This document shows positions 20,421 to 30,052 of a stretch of DNA of 64,000 nt, piece after piece. Numbering within the stretch: the first letter of the stretch is position 1; the number at the start of each line of letters is the position of its first letter. Source of the DNA: Flavobacterium sp. GTDB taxonomy: Bacteria > Bacteroidota > Bacteroidia > Flavobacteriales > Flavobacteriaceae. Position numbers and translations under genes: made by a program. The stretch spans positions 2,844 through 66,843 of the forward strand of contig JANMZS010000175.1 of assembly GCA_031383535.1 (NCBI GenBank), given 5' to 3'. The notes beneath the pieces were generated by a model. The model was not told the origin of the DNA. It worked only from the letters and a program-made list of their open reading frames with translations, and ran no database searches.

Positions 20421-22142
20421 ATGAAAGATTTTTCGAAACTAAAGAAGAATTTAAAAAAAGATTTTTCAGGTTTAAAAACAATTAAAGTTGCCGTTTTGGG
20501 CGATACAGCCACCCAATTTTTAACCCAAGCTTTGCGTGGATTGGGTTATGATTATGGGTTTAATCTCGAAATGTGGGAAGCCGATTTTAATCAAATAGAA
20601 AGACAAGTATATGATCTTTCTTCTGAATTGTATGAGTACAATCCTGAAATAGTAATTGTATTTCAATCCTCCCATAAATTATTAGGGAAATACAATAAAA
20701 TCAAGCGAGAACAACATATTCTGTTCGCTACAAATGAACTAGAAACGATTGAAAATATTTATTCCAATTTAACAAACAATCTCAATGCAAAGGTTATTTA
20801 TTATAATTATACAGAGATTGACGACTCCGTTTTTGGGAATTATGCTACTAAAACGGAATCTTCGTTTTTATTTCAATTGCGAAAACTCAATTATGAGTTA
20901 ATGGTATTGGCCGCAAAAAATCCAAATCTATTTTTGTGTGATCTTTCGTCGATTCAAAACCAAGTTGGGAAAGTGAATTTTTTCCATACATCGGTTTATA
21001 TTAATACCGAAATGGTTTTAAGTATTGATGTTTTGCCTAATGTTGCCTCTAAAACTATAGATATCATTAACACCTTTAACGGCAAGTTTAAGAAATGTGT
21101 CATTTTAGATTTAGACAATACCACATGGGGCGGCATCATTGGTGATGATGGCATTGAAAACATACAAATAGGCAGTTTGGGTATTGGAAAAGCATTTTCA
21201 GAATTTCAATATTGGATAAAAAAATTAAAAAATAGAGGAATTATTATCGCTGTTTGTAGTAAGAATACTGAATCGGTTGCCAAAGAACCCTTTGAAAAAC
21301 ATCCTGACATGGTTTTACGATTGGATGATATTTCGGTTTTCATCGCCAATTGGGACAATAAAGCAGATAATATCCGTCAAATACAAACTATTCTGAATAT
21401 TGGATTTGATTCGATGGTGTTTTTAGACGATAATCCTTTTGAGAGAAATATAGTCCGAGAAAATATTCCCGAAATTTGTGTTCCCGAATTGCCCGAAGAT
21501 CCTGCGGATTACTTAGAATATTTATATACACTAAACCTTTTTGAAACAGTTTCGTTTTCTAATGAAGATGCTGAACGAACAAAATTATATCAAATTGAAG
21601 CACAAAGAGCTACAATTCAACAAAAATTCACCAATGAAGATGATTTCTTAAAAAATCTAAATATGCTTTCATTGGTTGAGTCATTTAACAAATTTAATAG
21701 ACCAAGAGTAGCTCAGCTTTCTCAACGTTCTAATCAATTTAATTTAAGAACCGTTCGGTATACGGATACTGATATCGAAAAGCTTTCCTTGTCTTCGGAT
21801 TATTTTACATTTGCTTTCACACTCGAAGATAAATTTGGGGATAACGGATTAATTTGCGTCATTATTTTGAAAAAAGAAGCTGCTGAAACGGTCTTTATTG
21901 AAACCTGGTTTATGAGTTGTAGGGTTTTAAAACGTACTATGGAAAATTTTGTTTTGAATACAATAGTTAATTTTTGCAAAGAAAACGGATTTGAAATTTT
22001 GAAAGGAGAATATATTCCAACAACCAAAAACGAAATGGTGAAAGACCATTATCTGAATTTAGGATTTAAAGAAAATGATACCTTTTGGACTTTAAATACA
22101 TCAGACTATCAAGAAAAGCTAACCTATATTGCTATAAAATAA
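20421..22142 (+). CDS. FkbH-like HAD-IIIC protein (glyceryl-ACP loading enzyme family)
   Basis: LDLDNTTWGG (DxDxT), CSKN, NWDNKA, FLDDNPFER, RSNQFNL, DKFGDNG, MSCRVL. Confidence 0.9.
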   Translation: MKDFSKLKKNLKKDFSGLKTIKVAVLGDTATQFLTQALRGLGYDYGFNLEMWEADFNQIERQVYDLSSELYEYNPEIVIVFQSSHKLLGKYNKIKREQHILFATNELETIENIYSNLTNNLNAKVIYYNYTEIDDSVFGNYATKTESSFLFQLRKLNYELMVLAAKNPNLFLCDLSSIQNQVGKVNFFHTSVYINTEMVLSIDVLPNVASKTIDIINTFNGKFKKCVILDLDNTTWGGIIGDDGIENIQIGSLGIGKAFSEFQYWIKKLKNRGIIIAVCSKNTESVAKEPFEKHPDMVLRLDDISVFIANWDNKADNIRQIQTILNIGFDSMVFLDDNPFERNIVRENIPEICVPELPEDPADYLEYLYTLNLFETVSFSNEDAERTKLYQIEAQRATIQQKFTNEDDFLKNLNMLSLVESFNKFNRPRVAQLSQRSNQFNLRTVRYTDTDIEKLSLSSDYFTFAFTLEDKFGDNGLICVIILKKEAAETVFIETWFMSCRVLKRTMENFVLNTIVNFCKENGFEILKGEYIPTTKNEMVKDHYLNLGFKENDTFWTLNTSDYQEKLTYIAIK

Positions 22143-22149
22143 AATATAA

Positions 22150-23055
22150 ATGACATCACTTGAAATAATACTTCAAAAAATAAGAGTTAGCAATCCAGTT
22201 CATGCTGATAAATTAGAATCAAATTGCAGTGATTTAGGCGAAAAATATAGAAATTCAGCCAATGTTTTTTTTGATAAATATCGAGTTTATTTAGAAAAAA
22301 ACAATATGACTTTAGATTTTGGAGTCAATTGTTATTTGCACATGATTGAAGACATGCTTGAAGAACGATTTAAATTCATTCGTTCTGGAAATTATTCTAA
22401 TACTTCCTTTGAAGATGTAGAAAAGAGGATTTATGGAAATTCGGAAATTATGAATTACCACATGCACGGTTTAGTTTTAGCTCAATTTCTATGGTTTGAT
22501 CAATACGAGAGAATCTTATTTTTTAAAGAAAATATTAAAAAACATATTGTCAATAAAAATAATTATTTAGAAATTGGTGGTGGTCACGGATTGTATATTT
22601 TTGAAGCTTTGAATACCTTACCAGAAATTAAGCAATTTGATTTAGTAGATATCAGCCAAAGTTCTTTAAATCTCGCAAAAGGAATTATAGACGACGATAG
22701 AATCAATTATTATTTGAAAAATATTTTTGATTTTTCAGAAGATGAAAAGTATGATTTTGTAACCATGGGCGAAGTTTTAGAACACGTAGAACAGCCGTTA
22801 GATTTATTGAAAAAAGCCAGTGACTTACTTTCTGAAAACGGAATTTTTTATATTACCACTCCTATAAATGCGCCCATGATTGATCATATTTATTTATTCA
22901 ATAACGAAGAAGAAATTAGAGAAATGATACGTCAAGTTGGTTTTAAGATTTTAGAAGAAAAAATTGTAATTTCCGAAAAAATTTCACCTGAGAAAGCTAT
23001 AAAACATAAAGTTCCTGTTATGTATGCGGCATTTTTAAAAAAAATAAATAGTTAA
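22150..23055 (+). CDS. Class I SAM-dependent methyltransferase
   Basis: LEIGGGHG, VDISQSS, YDFVTMGEVLEHV. Confidence 0.85.
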   Translation: MTSLEIILQKIRVSNPVHADKLESNCSDLGEKYRNSANVFFDKYRVYLEKNNMTLDFGVNCYLHMIEDMLEERFKFIRSGNYSNTSFEDVEKRIYGNSEIMNYHMHGLVLAQFLWFDQYERILFFKENIKKHIVNKNNYLEIGGGHGLYIFEALNTLPEIKQFDLVDISQSSLNLAKGIIDDDRINYYLKNIFDFSEDEKYDFVTMGEVLEHVEQPLDLLKKASDLLSENGIFYITTPINAPMIDHIYLFNNEEEIREMIRQVGFKILEEKIVISEKISPEKAIKHKVPVMYAAFLKKINS

Positions 23056-23066
23056 AAATAATAATA

Positions 23067-23309
23067 ATGGAAAGAAAAGAACTGTTCAAAAAAGTGAATG
23101 AGATTTTTATTGATGTATTAGATATCGAAGAAGATATTGTCTTAGAAGACGCGACAAAGGCTACGGATGTTGATGAGTGGGATTCCTTAAATCACATACA
23201 ATTAGTGGTAGCTATTGAAAAAGAATTTAAAATACGATTTACTTCAAAAGAAATACAATCGTGGAATAATGTTGGCGAAATGATAGACTCAATAGCCCAA
23301 AAAATTTAA
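23067..23309 (+). CDS. Acyl carrier protein
   Basis: 80 aa, acidic, WDSLNHIQLV phosphopantetheine-Ser motif. Confidence 0.92.
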   Translation: MERKELFKKVNEIFIDVLDIEEDIVLEDATKATDVDEWDSLNHIQLVVAIEKEFKIRFTSKEIQSWNNVGEMIDSIAQKI

Positions 23310-23340
23310 TATTTGCCATAAATACCCAACTAATTCCAAC

Positions 23341-24795
23341 ATGATATTTAACTCATTTTCTTTTTTAGTATTTTTTAGTATTTTTTTTATTGTTTATTGG
23401 TTTATATGCAATAGAAATTTAAAACTTCAAAACGGATTACTTCTTGTTGGTAGTTATGTCTTTTATGCTTGGGCTGATTGGCGATTTTTATTTTTTCTAA
23501 TAGGCGTTTCGGCGTTAAATTATTTTTTAGGAATAGCTATTGAAAATCAAACCTCAGAAAAAACCAAAAAACTATTGCTTTATATAGGTTTGTTACAAGG
23601 AATAGGTTGTTTAGCCTTTTTTAAATATTATAACTTCTTTATTGTTTCAATTAATGATGTTTTTCATTCTTTGAATGTGAATTTAAATTTAAAAACGCTT
23701 AGTATCATTGTTCCATTAGGAATTAGTTTTTTTACCTTTAGAACGATAAGTTATATTTTAGATGTTGATAAAGGAAAAATTGAGGCAACCAAGGATTGGA
23801 TTGTTTTTTTTAATTATGTTTCCTTTTTTCCTTCGGTATTATCAGGTCCTATCGATAAAGCAAAAACTTTTGTTCCTCAGTTAGAAAAGAAAAGGGTTTA
23901 TGATTTTAATCAATCTGCTGATGGATTTCGCCAGATATTGTGGGGATTATTCAAGAAAGTGGTCGTTGCCGATAATTGTGCTATACTAACCAATTCGATA
24001 TTTGAAGACTATCATAGCTTGCCAGCGAGCTCTTTATTATTAGGAGCATTTTTATATGCGATTCAGATTTATGCTGATTTTTCAGGTTATTCTGATATGG
24101 CAATTGGATTTTCACGCCTTCTAGGTTTTACTATTACTAAGAATTTTGATTTTCCTTTTTTTAGCCAAAACATTGCCGAATTTTGGAGAAAGTGGCATAT
24201 TTCCTTAACTTCTTGGCTTACGGAATATGTATTTACTCCCTTGAGTATTTTTTTTAGAGATTATGTCAAATTGGGATTAATTGGAGCAATTGTAATCAAT
24301 TTTACAATTTGTGGAATTTGGCATGGAGCGAATTGGACGTATGTACTTTTCGGGTTTTTACACGGAATTTATTTTATACCTCTTATACTCAAAGGAACGA
24401 TGAATAAGAAGAAGAAAATAGCAAAAAACCAAGTGCTTCCTTCCTTTAAAGAATTTATAAATATAGTAAGCACTTTCACATTAGTCATGTTGACTATGGT
24501 TATTTTTAGAAGTGAATCTATCGAAAAGGCTTTTGAGTATTATCAAGGCTTATTTTCGACTTCACTTTTTTCGATTCCAATGGTGCATCTAAAGAATAAC
24601 TTTTTGGGAATCACTTTGCTTTTCATATTTATACTGTTTTGCATTGAATGGTTAGGGCGTGATGAGCAATATGGAATTGCCAATTTGTTTGCCCAAAAAC
24701 CACGAGTTTACAGATGGATTTTCTATTATTTAATTGTATTAGTCATATTTGTTTTTGCAGCTTCAAACCAACAATTTATTTATTTTCAGTTTTAG
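23341..24795 (+). CDS. MBOAT O-acyltransferase, copy 4 (divergent)
   Basis: PLGISFFTF, SGPI, YADFSGYSD, EFWRKWHISL, IWHGANW. Confidence 0.95.
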   Translation: MIFNSFSFLVFFSIFFIVYWFICNRNLKLQNGLLLVGSYVFYAWADWRFLFFLIGVSALNYFLGIAIENQTSEKTKKLLLYIGLLQGIGCLAFFKYYNFFIVSINDVFHSLNVNLNLKTLSIIVPLGISFFTFRTISYILDVDKGKIEATKDWIVFFNYVSFFPSVLSGPIDKAKTFVPQLEKKRVYDFNQSADGFRQILWGLFKKVVVADNCAILTNSIFEDYHSLPASSLLLGAFLYAIQIYADFSGYSDMAIGFSRLLGFTITKNFDFPFFSQNIAEFWRKWHISLTSWLTEYVFTPLSIFFRDYVKLGLIGAIVINFTICGIWHGANWTYVLFGFLHGIYFIPLILKGTMNKKKKIAKNQVLPSFKEFINIVSTFTLVMLTMVIFRSESIEKAFEYYQGLFSTSLFSIPMVHLKNNFLGITLLFIFILFCIEWLGRDEQYGIANLFAQKPRVYRWIFYYLIVLVIFVFAASNQQFIYFQF

Positions 24796-25769
24796 TTATG
24801 AGAAAAGATGTGAAATATTTTTTGTTTTTTTTGGTGCCAATTATGCTCTTTTCGTATGGTCTTGATGTGCTAATTTCAACTAATCTTAAAAAATCAAATC
24901 AATTTGCCGAAAAAGAATACAGTACTTGGAATGCTATTTTTGAAGGAAAAATAAATTCAGATTTGCTAATTTATGGAGCTTCAAGAGCTTGGGTGCAATT
25001 CAATTCAACTATGATTACCGATAGTTTGCATATTCCTACTTATAATCTAGGGATTGATGGACATTATTTTCAGTTGCAATATTTTAGACATAAAATGTTG
25101 ATGAAAAAAAACAAAAAGCCTAAAGTTATTATTATAGCTATCGATATGTTTTCATTAGAAAAAAGAAAGGATTTATACAATTTAGAGCAATTTTTACCCT
25201 ATATGCTTTGGAATAAAGATATTAAGACGGCAACTAGCGGTTATAAAGGCTTCACTTCCATTGATTATGAAATACCATTAATTCGATATTATGGAAGAAC
25301 AAAAGCTATAGAGACGGCATTTCGCTTTGTTTCTGGTCATTTGAGTAATCCTGTTTGCAGGGTTAAGGGGTATCAAGCACGAGATGAATCTTGGAATTCA
25401 GATTTTGATAAAGCTAAGCTTACTATGAAAGAACAAGAGATTAAACCAGATAAATCAATTATTATGCTCTTTGAAAGATTTATTACCGAATGTAACTCTC
25501 AAAATATAAAATTGATTTTTGTGAATGCACCTGAGTATAGTGAGGGTCAAAAATTCATAAAAAATAGAGGCGAAGTTTTAGCTATTTATACTAAGTTTAG
25601 TAAGCAATATCATATTCCGTTTTATGATTATTCAAATGATGCTATTTCGTATAAAAAAAAATATTTTTATAACTCAATACACATGAACAAAATGGGAGCT
25701 GAGTTATTTACGGCTAAACTGATTGACACGCTAAAACAATCTAAGATAATAAAAGAGTTGAGTCATTAA
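24643..25769 (+). repeat. 1.13-kb diverged direct repeat, copy 2
   Basis: Colinear with 19263-20389. Confidence 0.8.
24798..25769 (+). CDS. SGNH/DltD-like partner of MBOAT 4
   Basis: YGASRAW, NSIHMN. Start at ATG 24798 gives the same length as paralog 19418. Confidence 0.65.
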   Translation: MRKDVKYFLFFLVPIMLFSYGLDVLISTNLKKSNQFAEKEYSTWNAIFEGKINSDLLIYGASRAWVQFNSTMITDSLHIPTYNLGIDGHYFQLQYFRHKMLMKKNKKPKVIIIAIDMFSLEKRKDLYNLEQFLPYMLWNKDIKTATSGYKGFTSIDYEIPLIRYYGRTKAIETAFRFVSGHLSNPVCRVKGYQARDESWNSDFDKAKLTMKEQEIKPDKSIIMLFERFITECNSQNIKLIFVNAPEYSEGQKFIKNRGEVLAIYTKFSKQYHIPFYDYSNDAISYKKKYFYNSIHMNKMGAELFTAKLIDTLKQSKIIKELSH

Positions 25770-25796
25770 TTCAAATAAAAACGCTTATAATCCGAT

Positions 25797-26732
25797 ATGA
25801 AAATGAATAAATTTATTAAAAACACTCTTATATTTGGCACTCCAGTACTTGTTTTCATAGTAATGATGGAGCTGCTTTTACAAAGAATTCCAAATGATTA
25901 TTCATTTAAAAGAAATTATTTAGACAAGAATTCCAATAAAATTGAAACTTTGTTTTTAGGAAGTTCACATGCGTTTTATTCTGTAAATCCGAAGTATATT
26001 CATTCTAATAGTTTCAATGCGGCACATATTGCTCAATCTTTGGATTATGATATTGAAATACTCAAAAAATATGAAAATAAAACTACGAAACTTCAATACA
26101 TTGTTGTTCCTATAGATTATTTTTCTTTGTATAATAGATTGGAAACAGGGGTGGAAAGTTGGAGGATAAAAAATTATACAATTTACTATGGATTTAATAA
26201 GAGTTATGAATTCAAAGATAATTTCGAAATTTTAAATGGAAAATTAATCGAAAATATCAAAAGAATAGTTCAGTTTTATGTGCGTCATAAGTCAGAAGTA
26301 AGTTGTAATACCTTAGGTTGGGGAACCAAACATAATTCTAAAAACAATAAAGATTTAATTGCAACAGGAAAAGCAGCAGCCAAAAGACATGCCGCCAAAA
26401 GCAAATCTTTTTTTAATGAAAATGTAGCAATCGTCAATGAAATAATCGCCATAGCAAAAACCAAAAAAGCAAAAGTAATTTTTTATACCAACCCTGCATA
26501 CAAAACCTATACTTCACAATTAAATCAAGAACAATTGCAAAAAACATACGCCACGATAAGAAGCATCACAAATTCAAATCCTAATGTGCGGTATTATGAT
26601 TTTTTGACAGATTCATCATTTTTAAAAGAAGATTTTTTTGATGCAGATCATTTAAATGAAATTGGAACCGAAAAATTCTCCAAAAAAATGGATAGTATCA
26701 TTACAAGTTACAATACTAATGTCCAAAATTAA
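25797..26732 (+). CDS. SGNH/DltD-like protein
   Basis: TM anchor, LGSSH, DADHLN; same subtype as 12434. Confidence 0.6.
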   Translation: MKMNKFIKNTLIFGTPVLVFIVMMELLLQRIPNDYSFKRNYLDKNSNKIETLFLGSSHAFYSVNPKYIHSNSFNAAHIAQSLDYDIEILKKYENKTTKLQYIVVPIDYFSLYNRLETGVESWRIKNYTIYYGFNKSYEFKDNFEILNGKLIENIKRIVQFYVRHKSEVSCNTLGWGTKHNSKNNKDLIATGKAAAKRHAAKSKSFFNENVAIVNEIIAIAKTKKAKVIFYTNPAYKTYTSQLNQEQLQKTYATIRSITNSNPNVRYYDFLTDSSFLKEDFFDADHLNEIGTEKFSKKMDSIITSYNTNVQN

Positions 26733-27834
26733 AGTACTTCATATTATCAAGTCTTTGGGGCGTGGTGGAGCTGAGATGCTATTGCCAGAAACCTTAAAAG
26801 AGCATCATCAAGATCAATTTGAGTTTCATTATATTTATTTTCTGCCTTGGAAAAATCAAATGGTAGAAGCAATTGAATTTGCGGGTGGTAAAGTCAGCTG
26901 TTTTTCAGCAAAAAACAATTTGCAATTGCTGTTGCAATATTCTAGAATTATAGATTATTGTAAAAAAAATGAAATACAACTTATTCATGCTCATCTGCCT
27001 TGGGCAGGATTTGTAAGTAGGTTGGTGCATTTTAAAATAGCTATTCCAGTAATTTATACAGAACATAATTTACAGGAGCGTTATCATTTTCTTACCAAGG
27101 TTTTAAATAAATGGAGTTTTAATTTTCAAACTGCAGCTATCGGAGTTTCTGAAGATGTAACACAATCGATACATAAAAATATCCATCCTAGTATTTCTTG
27201 TAAAACCCTGCTAAATGGGGTTAATATTCAAAGTTTTCAACGAAATAATCCAGAGCAAAGAACTACCATTAGAAAACAATATGGTATTCCAAAAGACGCT
27301 ATTTTAGTGGGAACTGTAGCTGTTTTTAGGTTTCAAAAACGATTGGATATATGGTTGGAAATAATAAGCGAAGCCATAAGTAAAAACCCTAATATCTATG
27401 GAGTCATTGTTGGAGCAGGAATTTTAGAACCTGAAATTTATGCCAAACACACGGCATTAAACCTAGAAGGAAAAGTCTTTTTTGCGGGTTTGCAAACCAA
27501 TGTAAAACCCTATTATGAAGCGATGGATATTTTTATGATGAGTTCTTCTTTTGAAGGTCTTCCTATTGCTTTGCTCGAAGCAATGAGTATGGGTTGTGCC
27601 ATTGTTTCTACCAATGCAGGAGGAATAAAAGAGGTTATACAAAATAATGAAAACGGAATTTTGGTAGAAGTTGATGATTGGAAATATTTATCAACTTCTC
27701 TGTGTACTCTGGCTGAAAACCCTGAAAAACTCACTTTTTTTCAAATAGAAGCTCGGAAAAGAGTAGTCGGAAATTTTAGTATAGACAATATGGTAGCCAA
27801 ATTAGAATCTTTGTACATTAATTGTCTAAAATGA
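26719..27834 (+). CDS. Glycosyltransferase family 4
   Basis: GRGGAE, FQKRLD, SSFEGLPIALLEAM; start moved to ATG 26719. Confidence 0.9.
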   Translation: MSKIKVLHIIKSLGRGGAEMLLPETLKEHHQDQFEFHYIYFLPWKNQMVEAIEFAGGKVSCFSAKNNLQLLLQYSRIIDYCKKNEIQLIHAHLPWAGFVSRLVHFKIAIPVIYTEHNLQERYHFLTKVLNKWSFNFQTAAIGVSEDVTQSIHKNIHPSISCKTLLNGVNIQSFQRNNPEQRTTIRKQYGIPKDAILVGTVAVFRFQKRLDIWLEIISEAISKNPNIYGVIVGAGILEPEIYAKHTALNLEGKVFFAGLQTNVKPYYEAMDIFMMSSSFEGLPIALLEAMSMGCAIVSTNAGGIKEVIQNNENGILVEVDDWKYLSTSLCTLAENPEKLTFFQIEARKRVVGNFSIDNMVAKLESLYINCLK

Positions 27835-28772
27835 TTATTAGAAATGCAACCTCAGATGATGTTCCAGCTATTGTTGCTTTATTGAAACTTAGTTTGGGAG
27901 AAGGATTAATTAAAAAAACCTCCGAAATATGGAATTTCAAACATATTGATAATCCATTCGGGGAATCCTATGTGTCTTTGGCTTTTGAGAAAGATATTTT
28001 AGTAGGTGTTAGAGCCTTTATGAAATGGCAATGGCAATTAGGGGATGATGTTTGGTATTCTTACAGAGCTGTTGATACAGCCACACATCCTGATTTTCAA
28101 GGAAAGGGAATCTTTAAAACGTTAACTTTAAAAGCTTTGGATGATGTTCAAAATAATGAAGGAGACACCTTTGTTTTTAATACACCTAATCAATACAGTC
28201 GACCAGGTTATTTAAAAATGGGATGGAAGATTGTTGATACTATTGAATTAGCAGTTGTTCCCACAATTTTGTATGCTATTCCGTATTTTTTTTCAAAACC
28301 AAAGTCTGAAAAGGCTATTAATATAGCCCAACTAAATCAACTTTGTTTGAACTACAACCTTGATTTATCGAAAAAAAATGTCATCTTCTCTCCTAAATCT
28401 GCAGCGTATTTAAAGTGGCGTTATGAAGTAAACCCTTTGCAAGAATATATTATTTCCTCTTCGGATGATTTTTATATAGCGTTTTATATCAAAAAGCATC
28501 GATTTTTTAATGAACTGAGGGTGGTTGAAACCATTAGTTTAAATCAGGAAGTTCATTTGAGCCAAATCCGAAAAATTATACTAAATTTTGCATTTCAAAA
28601 AAGATGTTCGTTAATCACTACTGCGAATAAAGATTTATTTCGATTTAAAATATATGGTAAATTTGGACCTAAGCTCACCATTAAAACACTTACCAAAGAT
28701 TCCTTTTTTATTAATACAGTCTTTACTATCAAAAAATGGAAGTATAGTATAGGCGATTTAGAATTATTTTAA
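27831..28772 (+). CDS. GNAT-family N-acetyltransferase
   Basis: VDTATHPDFQGKGIF acyl-CoA binding motif; FNTPN. Confidence 0.8.
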   Translation: MIIRNATSDDVPAIVALLKLSLGEGLIKKTSEIWNFKHIDNPFGESYVSLAFEKDILVGVRAFMKWQWQLGDDVWYSYRAVDTATHPDFQGKGIFKTLTLKALDDVQNNEGDTFVFNTPNQYSRPGYLKMGWKIVDTIELAVVPTILYAIPYFFSKPKSEKAINIAQLNQLCLNYNLDLSKKNVIFSPKSAAYLKWRYEVNPLQEYIISSSDDFYIAFYIKKHRFFNELRVVETISLNQEVHLSQIRKIILNFAFQKRCSLITTANKDLFRFKIYGKFGPKLTIKTLTKDSFFINTVFTIKKWKYSIGDLELF

Positions 28773-28775
28773 TAG

Positions 28776-29957
28776 ATGATTGATTTTGTGATTGTTTTTA
28801 TTTTATTATTTGTAATAAATCAAATTTTACTTACTAGTTTGTCTAATAAGTTTTCTTTTTTTGACAAGAAATTGATGAATAGGCTCTATTGGTATCATTT
28901 GCTTTTTTTTGCAATCTATTTTACTTATGCCACATTCAATCCATCGGATTCAAAAGCATATTATTTTGATGCGAGTATTCCTAGGGATGATTTGATGGAA
29001 CTTTTTTTTACGGGCACAAAATTTATTGTATTTGTAGCTACTCCCTTTGTTCGATTAGGATTTTCATACATTACCTTAATGCTTATTTTCTCTTGGGTAG
29101 GTTATGTAGGGTTTGTATATGCTTATCTTTTTTTTAAGGAAAACATAACAATAAATGTAACTGTATTCAAAAAATATGATTTATTAAAACTGTTACTTTT
29201 TTTACCTAATATGCATTTTTGGACAGCTTCTCTTGGTAAAGGAAGTTTAATATTTATGGGGCTGATGCTTTTTATTTATGCTTTACATTTTCCTCAAAAA
29301 AGAATATTTTCGTTACTTTTAGGGGGATTTCTAGTGTACATGATTCGTCCGCATGTTCTGCTTTTTGTTTTAGTTGGTGTTATGGTAGGCATACTCACAG
29401 GAAGAAGTAAAATGGGTTTTGGAATTAAATTTTTAGTTTTAATCATTTCGGTTGTGTTTTTGTATGTCGCGCAAAATTCTATTCTGAAAGTAGCCAATTT
29501 GGAGGGTTCTGAAAATGTAATTGAAGATTTTGATCAATTTGCCGCTGATCAATCAGGAAGACTAGTAACCTCTAATTCGGGAGTAAATATGAGTAATTAC
29601 CCTTTGCCATTAAAATTTTTTACTTTTTGGTTCAGGCCTTTATTTATCGATTCTCCTAGTGCATTAGGTATTTTTAGTTCCATAGAAAATTTAATTTATT
29701 TACTTTTATTTGCTAAAATTTGCAATAGGCGTTTTTTACGTTTTATTTTTAAAGCCCCTTATCTAGTCAAAACGTCTCTTATTATTTTTGTTTTAAGTTC
29801 TTTTGCTTTGACTTTTGTCATGTCCAATTTAGGTATTATCATGCGTCAAAAATCAATGGTAATGTATTTTGGTTTTTTTGTTATTTATTATTTTTTAGCA
29901 ACTGAGAAATTTGAAATTATGCAAAGAAACAAACCCAATCCTATTATTTTAGAATAG
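28776..29957 (+). CDS. Polytopic membrane protein, Wzy polymerase-like
   Basis: About 10 hydrophobic segments, IRPH motif, periplasmic loop, located inside the GT cluster. Confidence 0.55.
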   Translation: MIDFVIVFILLFVINQILLTSLSNKFSFFDKKLMNRLYWYHLLFFAIYFTYATFNPSDSKAYYFDASIPRDDLMELFFTGTKFIVFVATPFVRLGFSYITLMLIFSWVGYVGFVYAYLFFKENITINVTVFKKYDLLKLLLFLPNMHFWTASLGKGSLIFMGLMLFIYALHFPQKRIFSLLLGGFLVYMIRPHVLLFVLVGVMVGILTGRSKMGFGIKFLVLIISVVFLYVAQNSILKVANLEGSENVIEDFDQFAADQSGRLVTSNSGVNMSNYPLPLKFFTFWFRPLFIDSPSALGIFSSIENLIYLLLFAKICNRRFLRFIFKAPYLVKTSLIIFVLSSFALTFVMSNLGIIMRQKSMVMYFGFFVIYYFLATEKFEIMQRNKPNPIILE

Positions 29958-30052
29958 ACTTTTCGATAGTAAAATAGAAACAATAATTTCAAGACTTTAA
30001 AAAGTCACAAATACGTAAATTAATTTTTGGCAAGGAGTTAAAAGATAGTACA

